The notes under the pieces were generated by a model, which saw only the letters and a list, made by a program, of their open reading frames with translations, had not been told where the DNA came from and made no database searches. This document shows positions 29,101 through 41,100 of a stretch of DNA of 64,000 nucleotides, piece after piece. Every line of letters begins with the position of its first letter. The stretch's first letter is position 1. The position numbers and the translations under genes are program-made. The DNA comes from Styela clava (Eukaryota), in assembly GCF_964204865.1 (NCBI RefSeq), contig NC_135259.1, positions 14,074,001 to 14,138,000 on the forward strand, read 5' to 3'.

Positions 29101-32100
29101 AGTTACCTCAAGAAGAGATGGGCGCCGATACGAAACAGTCCAATAAAATCAATGGGTTTAATGAAGCAGTAGTAGCCGATCATGTTAAAGTAGAAGTGCC
29201 CATGACCGTCAAAACATTTTGAAAGAAATGGAATAATTGCCAAGGATGAACCAAACCTTAGCATACAATCTGCTACAATGATAGAAGTAAACCTAATCAA
29301 GTCGACTGCAGAATACATGGGCAGTGTTGAACAAAATAAAAACGGGGTTGAGCACAATGATGCTTCCTCAAGTGAAGCCATCGCAGCTGTCGGAAAGAAT
29401 GGCTTGTTACGAACACTATCTCAATTTTCTTTTATTCAAAATTTAGAAAATAAGAAATAAACATGTTTTTTATACTACATTGCATTGTTGTGTATTTATT
29501 TGGGATTATAGAGCACAGGAAACATTCGATGGAAAGAAAAAGACACACGATTGTGCCCGCGCGATCCAAAAATGACAATATTATGTACCCTTGTCGTCAC
29601 ACATCCCTCGGCCCCCACCAAAGAGAATGGCGAAGAACTGAATGAACTTTATTGAGACAACTGTCCTTACTATTCTCTAATCTTGAAAAACTCGGGAAAA
29701 AAACATAAAATGGAGATCAATAGGGTCTGCAGAGCCTGCTTTCAAAAATAGTCTGCTAGAAATTTGCGTGTTTTGTGATTGTATGAACAGTAACAAAAAT
29801 AAACTCTGGAAAGAACAAGTGGTGTTATCGACTTCAAGATATATCATGTCACTGGGCTGGAACAATATTAATCTGGTCGATTCCCAAGTTTAGGACATGA
29901 CATAAAAAGTTAATCTAAAAGTATTTTCTCGCAAATGTTTGGAATAGCACGTGACAAAAGCGGTGTGTTTCAAGAGGAAAACTCAAGTTTCATGTTAACA
30001 ATTAGTAGCCGATAGACCAATGTTTCAGCATATGTCGTCTGACTTTTGCTACAATTAAAATAATTCACGAAATAACATAATGGGCGATTGATGGTTCATA
30101 ATCAAAGTAAAGAATGGTTTTCCACGTAGGCAATCTTCATTACGTTAGTAAACAAAGCAGTACGACGTCTATTCAAGTTGATCATAAAATACAGAAGATT
30201 AAACTCTTTTAAGTTTTCTTCCTAAACGCCAAATTTGACATTAAAATTCCGTGCATTACCGGAGAACGGACGCACTGCAGTTGTAAGCAAGATGTACGTA
30301 CGGTAGCCTGAACAGAATACGGTGGTTCTGGGTACGATTGTTACGTCACAATTAAAAGGTCGTTCGGTCTAGGTCAGGAAAATAACAATGAGACTCTCTG
30401 GTGTCTCTGGTTTTATGAGATTTAACGCTGAGGAGAGCAGAGAACGAATTGACACTTCAACTATAGTATAAACTGAGCTAAATTGCGACATATAAGAAGG
30501 AGCTGGTCAAGCCAACCTGGTTTACGAGAAAAAGATTTTCATCAGGTTAACATTCAACCGATGGAGAAAATTTCTGGACATTGAAGCCATCTTGTTCAGA
30601 CTCATCCGAGAAGATTGAAAAAAGATTGATTTAAATTTGAAATTCCCCGGCCGAAAGATGGAGATCTTGCTATTTTGGCGTCGAGGGGAACGCGATGGCG
30701 GTATGGGACAACAATAAAGGATCTGATTATATGATTCAAAGGCAGACGCGTATTACCTTGCCTCCAAATATAACAGAGAAGCCCCAGTCACCTCAAGAAG
30801 AGATGGGGAAATCAGTAGAAGCCCATCATCGTAAAGTAGACGTGCCTATGACCGTCAAAAACATTTTAAAAGAAATTGAAAAATTGCCAAAGGTGGAGCA
30901 AACCTTATCAAACGTACAATATGCTTCAAAAGTAGAAGAAAACCTAATCAAGGCAACTGCTGAAGATATCATCGGCAGTGCTGAAAAGATTAAAAACGAG
31001 GTTGAGCACAATGATACTCCCTCATGTGAAGCCATCGGAGTTGATGGAAAAAAGAAGGCTTTTTCCGCAGACTATTTAAATTTTTTTCTATTAAAAAATT
31101 TGAAGAAAAAAATAAACATGTTTTTTTACTACTTTGCATTGTTGTATATTTATTTAGGATTAGGCCAACAAACATCTAATAGGTAACAGTTTGGGTCGAT
31201 ACAGAGAGTGTAGCACATGCGCGGTATACTACTTTAAACACGTAAGAATTACCATAGAAGGCGGCATTGAAGAATAGGAAATATGTGACGCGCGAGTGGC
31301 ATTACATATTGGGCGCTCCAGAAGTATGTGTACCAATATAGAGGTAACTAATTTTGTTCCCTTATTTTACATCAAGTTGTGTAAATGGACTGAAACATAT
31401 GGGCATGGGTTATGTTCACTTGACTAACACAGACAGTCCCCGAACTCGTAATAGAACTAAAATAGGAATAAAATTATGCGCTAACCTGGTACACACACTA
31501 CGGGAGTACCATCTATTGTACCCCGTCAGTTAACTTGTAGCCTTCAGTATTACTTATAATGGCTCTTAAAACAACAGTAGTAAAGGCTTTTAATGCGATC
31601 AATTTATCTCTATATATATATAATAAAATGTGAATTGACTGCTCTGAAAGAAAATAGGTAAGAATAAATATTGTATCTATAGTATAGATTTTATGCTATA
31701 AGATATATCTTATGGTAGTATACTTACTCGTCGCAATTATGTCCATCGATACGATATCCTCCTCTCTCGGAGCCAGCGACAACGTTATCCGATAGCACTG
31801 GCGCTGTTGCTAAATTCACCTGCACAGACAGAATATAGTGTATATAAATTGGAATTTAAAAATCCAGTCTAATCAAAATTACAGATATTTAGACTAATTC
31901 CGTTGAATTATATGTGAAACTAATTTATTGGAGCTTTCCAATATTTTTGTACAAACGAACTTTACCAAAATATATTAAAATGAGGATGTGATTCATGTAT
32001 TATATATTGATATCAAGTAACTTCTCTTGAAACAGAAGTTGTTGGCTTGACTATTTTTTATCAGCGCCTATTTTACTACATTTTTTATGAAACGCAATTT

Positions 32101-35100
32101 TTTATGGACAATCACCTCAATCGCGGCTTTCCATAGCATAATATCATCTTCCATTCTGTCTTGATAAACAGATCTAGTACGGACCAGCATAGCTAGATTA
32201 TCCTCAACTCTGTAAAACAAGTTTTATTTCTGACTGTTCGTTGATTGTGCCAACATCATGTTTAATAAGACTATTGGTATATACTGCGTGCAACGTATTG
32301 TAGTTTCTAATACTCTCCCAATACCCGCGCAGGGTCCGAAGGTGCATCTCCAAACACATTTATCAGGAGAAGACAAAATTCAATTGATATCTTTAGGTAA
32401 CTGCAATTTATCATACATTCTATAGATACGGAAATATATATTAAGCGCCAAAGCAGTCCCGATGTCTAAAACTGACAAAATGGTTTTATACATTGGGTAG
32501 CGATACACAATAATAATAGTTATATGCCATTTAAGAAGCCAATCAGAAAACCATCCACATATCGCAGCAAAATGTGTGTTACAGAATGTGACAGTCAAAT
32601 TTACTTTATTTGAACATTGTTCAAAAATTAATATATTCACATACCTCACTTGATCGCCTTCTACTCTTATCGCAGGGCCAACTGTATGATGAATAATGTT
32701 TCCTTTTACTTCCAGTAAGCTGGCACCAAACACTCCAATAGCAGTGTTAAAACCATGATGAAAAACATTACGTTTCACGAAGGAAGGCTTAATGGTATCG
32801 ACACTTCCTACAAAGAAGTAATATAAAGAATTTTGTAAAATAACGAAAAACTAACTTTTTCAGCTATTCCCAATGGGTCGATATTTAAAATCTTTTAAAA
32901 AAAGCTTACCTATTTTATAACGTAGTTTAAGTTTGGCAGAAAAATCACCGGGCGGCTAGAGTATAGACTAGAGGTTATAATTATATATATATTATATACA
33001 TATTTAATATCTGCTATTTCCTAATCCCGAATATATCATATATAACCAATTTTCACTATTTTGACAAATTTTAGTTTACATTGTTCGACGAACGTCAGAA
33101 AGTGACATGTCGAATCAGGTGTAATTTGACACTAATTTTTACTATATGAAATCGATTGAGAGACGAAGTCTGTTCGAGAATTTTTGGCATGGCATGAGTT
33201 CGCGCCGTTACGATAAATATATTAGTCATATTATAATTGTATATTAATATTATAATCCAACTTTTAAGGCGGGAAACGGCTTGGATTTCCAGAATTCATC
33301 TTTTGAATGAGCCAGCGTACATTATATGAATACTAAAATAATTGACAAATTCACACTATTATTCACCCACTATTTTGGCCTAGAAATTATATCAGCGTAA
33401 TTGTACAAAGATTGCGTGGTTAAGTTGAAAGAATTGAAAAAAAAAATGTTTCCAATTTTTCACCTGTATTCAAGAATGCCAAAGAATATCTCGGATCGTA
33501 ATTATCGATAAATCCTTCTTGTCCTGTATGATAGAATTCAACGTTCTGAACGCGTGCGTAGCCCCTGAGTAAAAATAATCAGTTTAGGCTATTAAATTAT
33601 TCCAATATAATCAGGGTGTAAAACTAGGCTGACAATTGTAACGGTCTGTCTTTTTGCGTGTAGTTAGAATCAAAAGTATTCATGAAAGATTCTAAAAAGT
33701 AAAGTAACTATACCTCCGACTTAATTTGTAACTTGTTAAGTTGTAACTTAATTTGTTACTCAATAATGAGTGAGTGAGTGAATCATCTTTCTGTGATCTT
33801 TGATACTTATGTTATTTTCATTTTTAGTTAGAATAGGATTTTCTCGTGTCCACTTTCTCATGTAAATATTTCATTCAACAGTTCACCTTGTAGTGCCTAC
33901 TCCAGCGACAAGAACTCTTGCTCCAAATGAATGAGTATACAAATCATTATAATCTTCTCCGATTACTTTAATATTTCTGGTAAGTAAAGCAACCTCGGCT
34001 CTAATGTCATAAGATTGTTCCACTCCACTTTTATCAGTATATGTGAATGTATCAGCTGTAAGCAAAAATATTCTTGTTGTCAATGTGTTCAAAAATACGG
34101 AACTATTTATCCTTATAAGAACGTTGAACTAGATGATGATTTTAGCACCCTATCTGTGCCAGCAATCGCTCGTCGTCAGCTCTCCTCTCCTCGCGAAGAA
34201 ACAGTAAATTTTATCTGAGCATGATAGAGATGTGATAACAAATAAATGATGAAACTGAAATCAAAATAGCTCACCCATATGATCAAATTTCAATGTCGCA
34301 TTTAACGTAAGAGTTTTGGCGTTTATTTCAGATATTTTGAAGGTTTCTGTTTCCCATGGATCAGCACTGGTAGTAGCAATAACAATTTCTTCGCCTAAAA
34401 TATAAAATGATATTGCAATTCTACATGCATACATTCTCGTATATAGATGAAATACAATATACAAAGCAAAAACGAATCTTCATTAACGCCCACTTAATCT
34501 CAAATTAAGAGCATAAAATGTTGAACTTGGAGCCAAATTCGTTGGCTTGGAGATAAAAACAAACTACCGTTTGGTTTGAATTCAAACCGAATAGTAGTAT
34601 ACAGGAATATAAAGTATTTTCGATAGTGTACAGCCACACAAAAGCACTTATCTCCCGATGGAAGTACAGCCAGAAGTAGGACAACATACTACGCCTCTCT
34701 TGAAATATTCAGACTCACCCACAGACCAATCACTTGGAGAATCCACCAACGTGATAGAATTTTGACCAGCAGTGACAGCAGAAGCCAGATGAGTCTTTGT
34801 AAGCGTTCTTGTGCGACCATGTAAGTCCAGTCCACCCAAAACACCTAGAAAATAGGATATGAAATCAAAATGTTACCCTGAATTTGAAACAAAAGAATTA
34901 TTAAACAACGCTATTCATTCGTGTAGTAAAAATTAAACTACGAAACTTAACCTCTATTTGCCAACCATGGAGCGGCAACAAAAAGCTCGTCGTCAATATT
35001 TACTGGCAGTGATCAAATCCTTTTCGAAGAATTAGTTAGTTAGATCAATTACAAATAGGAATTTAAGTGTTAAATATTTTTACATTTTCATAAAAGTAAT

Positions 35101-38100
35101 TAGGAAAATTTTTCAATTCTATTTTTTATTCAGAATAATACTTTATATATAAGGTTAAGTTTGTTTATTATGTATTAACATACGCACCGACTAATCAATG
35201 ATATGCTATTAAAATATCTTTTTTTCTATAATAAAATGATTGTGAAAATTGAAAAAGGAATAGCAACAATGACAAGACAAGAAAAATTTCAGGTATTAGG
35301 TATCCTATTTACTTCGAAAATAATTTACCAATAGCTTTCGATCCGACAACAACTCCACCGTTCAACTCAACATCCTGTGTATTAATATCGCCGCGTAACA
35401 CAAGACTGAGTTGTCCCTTGAAGGTCGCATCCTCCCAACCAACTATTAGTCGTCCGCCCTGAAACATGAAAAGAGTAAACGACGTTTGCAAGTTGAATAT
35501 CATATCAAATTAATTAAATATTTAAGCGTATTTTGCAAGCGCTGGCAGCTCCCAGAAGCACAACGCGGTTTGCACAACAATGTATTCCTAGGACATCCAG
35601 TAATATTACGGATTGACACCAACTCATAGATAGAATAATATACCAACGTTACTTCATCTTTTTGTATAACCAATCGGTTATGCTGTCAGAATAAAAAATA
35701 TCTCGGACCGGCACCGGTCCGTCGACCAGCGGTTGAGAACCACTACACATGGTTAATAACCATACATGATAAGAATGTAGTCTTCTATACCCAAAACCGT
35801 TAAATATAACCATTTAGAACAGGGGTTCTCAACCTGAGGTTCGCGAACCCCCAGGGGTTCACAAGAAGATCTCCAGGGGTACTTGAATGACAGTCGAGTT
35901 GTTGTGTAGTGATTTTTTTTTAATATCCTCTATTACTACCATAGGACAATGCGTGTCCATTGAAACTAGATGCCAATTGAAACGTAGATTTTCCCTGATG
36001 TTGCGTTGTTGTGATCGTGGCGCAACAATGTGAAATTCGAGGTTTTGCATGCAAACTGTGAAATCTCTAAAGACAGCGTGCTGCGAGCATTGGATAAGTG
36101 ATTATGCTCATTGAAACTTGGGAGAGATTTTATAAATTCATTAGTTAGGCAGACGACAAGGGCAATACTATCAACAAGACGATTCAATTTAGTTAGATTA
36201 GGTCAATAAATTGGTGTTGCAACAAATTGTTAGTCAATATATCCCAACTTTGTTCGGTGTCTGGTTTCCGGGGGTTTGCATTGATTGTTTCGTGATTCGG
36301 GGGGTACTTGACAGTAAAAAGGTTGAGAACCCCTGATTTAAAACATTCATACTAATCTAGTTTTTTTTAGCGGGGGTGACAAACACTCAACAATTTTATT
36401 TGTATTTTGCAGCTAATTGGATGATGATAAGTCGAATACGCAAAAAGTTTTTGGTAATACATGAGGAATGAAGGACATCACTAAGAAACAGAACATTTGC
36501 ATAATAGACAAAGAAACCTTGGTTTATTCATTCATATAGTATCAAATAAAGTTACATACCATAATAACAATATGAGTAGCACTCAATGTTAATGACAAAT
36601 CTTCATCATCCCAATCTATTTCCAAAACGCCCTCAATCCACAATTTATTCATCTTGGGTAAATTTTGTCGCACAACCATCCACGTACCTAAAATAAATAG
36701 AAAACGAATGAGAGGAAAATAGAGCTCGGAAATTATATTACGGCTAATAATTACCCCCAAAGCGTCCTATACTGCGGCTGTCAATATCAGAATTGTCTGA
36801 TATTTTGTTAGTCAGATATAGAATATTAATTTTGACCTCAATTAATTCATATTAATATCATTGCTGAAAAATCATAAAATATTGCAAAGTTTATGTAAAT
36901 TGAGATTCCTTTGCAAAAAAACATGTATATTTTGACGAAAAAGTAGTAGTACTTATCTGAAACTTGAACTTTGTTTCATTTGGAATTTATATTGTCTATA
37001 CATAGTATACTATAAGTACTATAAGTACTAGAGTATACTATAGTATACTCTATACGATATATTTAATCATTTATCTTTCTGTCTTTCATTAGTACAGTAT
37101 ATGCTTTTGTACATGTTTTTTTATTAGCATGTGTGGTCTTTAATATTTGTCATACTGGAATTCCCTCCATAAAAATTCACTGAAAATAATTTCTATGTCG
37201 TGAAAAACAAAAATTTCATTGTCAATATACCCACCAGGTTCAATCCTGATATCTTGGTTATCTGGAGGTGTTGAAGATGCTGCGTTGCCATTTACAGTTG
37301 TATATTCTCCGTTATTTGTCTTCCATTCAGATGTTACATCCCAATATTGAACGTCATCTGGTCGCTCTCGTGCAGGAGGCAAATTGTTCGGATCAGGCGG
37401 AGGTATACATTTCTATAAGTATATAAGTATGTAAAATACATTAATATAATAATTTGTTATGAATTATTTTATTTTTAATGAGTTTGATTCTGAAGAAAAA
37501 AAATATTATTTATTTGTAGACTTCATTAACATGGACGCAGTCTTAGTCGAGACTAATGTTATTCCATTGGGGATTATGATCGTTGGATCGCGTGTTGAAG
37601 ATCACAGGTTCGAAATACATTTTACAAACTCATCCAACGAGGAATAAGGTTGTATTTGTAATCAGAAATATTCTAGTCCTCATCAATTGCGATTTTGACT
37701 ACGCCCTAATCATAGCGTGTTATCGATATCGAATTAAAATGTAAATTTTACTAGCGAGGCTGCTGGCACATATCTGATTAGAATAAATAAACTAAATAAA
37801 AGCATATGAAATACTGTATTTTTCTGTTGTTTATGCATTCATTCATTTACTCACCTCATAAAAGCATCGGTATACACGGAAATTGACGTCTCTGTTGACT
37901 GCATTCGGTGTGGCGGATAAAGATGATATAGCTCTCTTCTTTCTGCGCGATGGCTTATCCCGACCAGATACTAAGTGTAACAAAATTTGAAAGCGTTGAA
38001 AAGAGTTTGAAGAATAACAAAATAATTTTAAACATTCCAAATCGGACAGCCAAGATTGACTTCCGAGATTCGAGAGAAAAAAGACAAAGTTGAAGCAAAA

Positions 38101-41100
38101 TAGAAAAAGGGGAAAGAGGGATAGGAGAGAAGTGAAAAACGGAATCATAAGATTTCGAAAATTGTATCTTACCAATGTATGATAACGTTTTCGTGTTTGG
38201 TTCAAAATAGTAATCTCCATGGTAATTGTTTGCGCATGTTACCATTCTATCTTTTTGGTAATCATCAGCATCACCAGCTATGAAAAATTTGTCTGGTTTT
38301 TGAGTGAGATTGTGTTGGACAATTACACAGTCATTTTCCTGTTAAAAATCCACAGAGAATTAGATTATAATAATTTAAATTATGTATTTTGTACTTAGCA
38401 GCAGTTACCTCAAAATTATAGAATCCGGACGAATAAGAAATGTTAGTTATCTGCTCAGCGCTGTCAAACACCCATTTGTACGTTTCGCCGTCCATCATTG
38501 TTCCCATCCAACCAAATTTATGAGTTAATCGTTTCTTGCTGTAGAATTTTCGGTAGAATATTTGAATACAATTGTTGAAAAAGTGAAGCTTTTAATATAT
38601 ACGATAGTGAGTAGTGTATGGAAATGGTGTTTAACACATCCATAACTTATGTATAATTTCAAGATAGAAGTGACCTTAAAGATACACTCTGACTTGAGGT
38701 GTGAAAACTACGCTCTTCCGAACTTTGACTCAGTCAAATCGTGTGCAGCGTTATCGGAAGCGAAAACGTTACACACGCCATAAAAAATGTATATACTATT
38801 TATGAAAAGTAAACAAATCAAGCTGTCATTATAAAAAGGGCTGTACAAATAAAAACAATCGAAAAATCGGTAATATTCCAATTTAGCTCTTGGCATTTCA
38901 GTAGCGGTTCGTAACATTTTTCTCGTCTACACGAGTCTCTTTCACTTCTGGGTGAATGCGTGTGACCTTTATTGGAGCAAATTCTCTGGAAATGAATAGG
39001 AAATGGATATCTAGAAACGGAATTAATTTGAAACATATCGTACAAAGCTACTCACGCAAATGGGATATACGTCACACCATATTCGTTCGTGAATTTTACA
39101 TATTTTGCTTCAAGTGAAGTTGGATTAACGGTATTGAAAGATAATCGATGAAATTTAACTGAACCATCACAAATAACACCTAAAAAAAAGACCAAAATGA
39201 TAAAGTTGTCTCTAATTCAATAGTATAAAAATATATAAGAAATAATGTAAAGTTGACCTGGAAATTCTCCGATGTTAAATCCACCAATTTCTGGGCAACT
39301 TGTTTTTGATATTGTAGGATTGTAAGGAGTGATCACTGAGTGCTTCCCTGTTCCAGACAATGTACCATCTCGATCTCGAAGAATAACCTCATGTTCCCAC
39401 CTGCAAAAAAAAATTTTTCAATGATCATATTCATATATTTATATTTCTAAATAACATTGAAGACTGTTTGAACAAAAGTGTTGGAAAGATTTGCAGGTCA
39501 TTGCGACCATTAAACTATGGAGCTTTTCAGATGCTTGAAGATTTGCTCCAAATAAAAATTCGTAAAGATCCTTGATGAATACCTGCCCTAATTTGACAGA
39601 GTGTACGATGTTTAAAACTTGTTTGGCATGGTACGTTTTAGATTTTTTACCTTTGGTTTCATTTTTAGTGAGTCCAAAATTAATTGACACACGCAACCGT
39701 GTATGATACAAGCTTACAGGTCTTTTTGGAGTTTATTTAGTAAAAAAAATTATTCTAATATTTTGAAAACATGAAACGATTTTAGGCAAAAAAAATGTGA
39801 AAAATTTGCATACGAATCGCGTTTGTATTCAATTGTTTAAATAAATTATTCCAAGTACCTTTGGTTATTGCAGATAGTCTAGTCACTCTAGCACACTACC
39901 AATAAAACTGTATTTATAGATCATTATTTATAACATAATTATCAACCTGAAGGCCGCCTTGTTTGGAGAATTTTGAAACGAAATTTGTGAGAATCTTGCT
40001 TCCCATCCACCACATAGAACACTACATGTTCCGTCAATAGAAGTTACTCCAATAGCTGCAGTTCCAGACTCATCAAAGTTAATAAATTTTGTGTTGTTAA
40101 CTTCGTACCCTTCCGTGAAAGGCAGGATAATTCCACGTTTGGTAGAACCACCTTGACAGCAAAAATATGAGATCGTAACGATGATATAATACTGCTGACT
40201 ACTTTTTAATAATTCCTGATGAATGGACATGATTAGTGAAGGTAGCAAGCAGTGGGCCAACCCATATTACTCCAAAACCAAACTTGAACCTGGAGTGAAG
40301 CGTAAGTTTATCTACTTCTAACATACAGTGGAATACTTTTTATCTTATAAGGGTGATAAAATCGAAATAAAAATAATCTATCATTCTGTAAAGATTAAAT
40401 TTTTAGGCAAAAATGTGCAAAATTTACATACGAATTTCTTTTGTATTTGATTGATTAAAATAAATTATTCCGAGTACCTGTGGTTATTGCAGATAGTCTA
40501 GCAATAACGAAAGAATCGTATGTTCCAACTTGACCCCATTTTACGTGTTTGTCAACAACAAGCTTTGTTTCAATTCCAGCTTTCTCGTTGGCCGCCATGA
40601 TGAAGTTGTGAAACTAATGATAAAAGATAATTTTGTTTATTTGTTAGGTTTAGATTTTATGGTTGTGCAACGTATTAAAGGGACATAATAAAACAAAACA
40701 CATTTAAAAATAGGATTTCAGTATTTATCCCGTATGTAATCGATAGGCGGCTTAATCAAATCGTGAAAATATCGCCTCTCGTTCACCATTCTAGACAGTA
40801 TTTTAAAGTTTATTTTGATTTTTTAAATTATTCTGCCCCAAACGTCGCTTAACTAGATTCTTTTTGACATACATTTACTTTATTTTATCGTTATAATAAA
40901 ACAAGGCTTCAAACATCTATTCCACATTTTATAAAATCTTTATCAAAATATAGCTACTGAAGCACAGACATCAAATTTCAAAACATTTAGGTTTTAGACT
41001 TAATCAAGAAAACTAAAAGTAATGATAAGCACCTGAATAGCTCCAACATTCACGAGTTCGGCACCTTTCTCGCAGTTCCAAACCGTAAATGAGTCATACT

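Noticed and set aside
28920-30640. In-frame TGA in the CBM21 copies read as selenocysteine or an alternative genetic code
   Set aside because: TAA/TAG stops and frameshifts also occur, and the stops fall at different positions in each copy, as expected for ordinary decay.
30695-31186. 163-aa ORF as an intact standalone gene
   Set aside because: It begins in the last strand of CBM21 (MAVWDNN) and is the residual open tail of pseudogene copy E. Translation from this ATG cannot be excluded but has no support.
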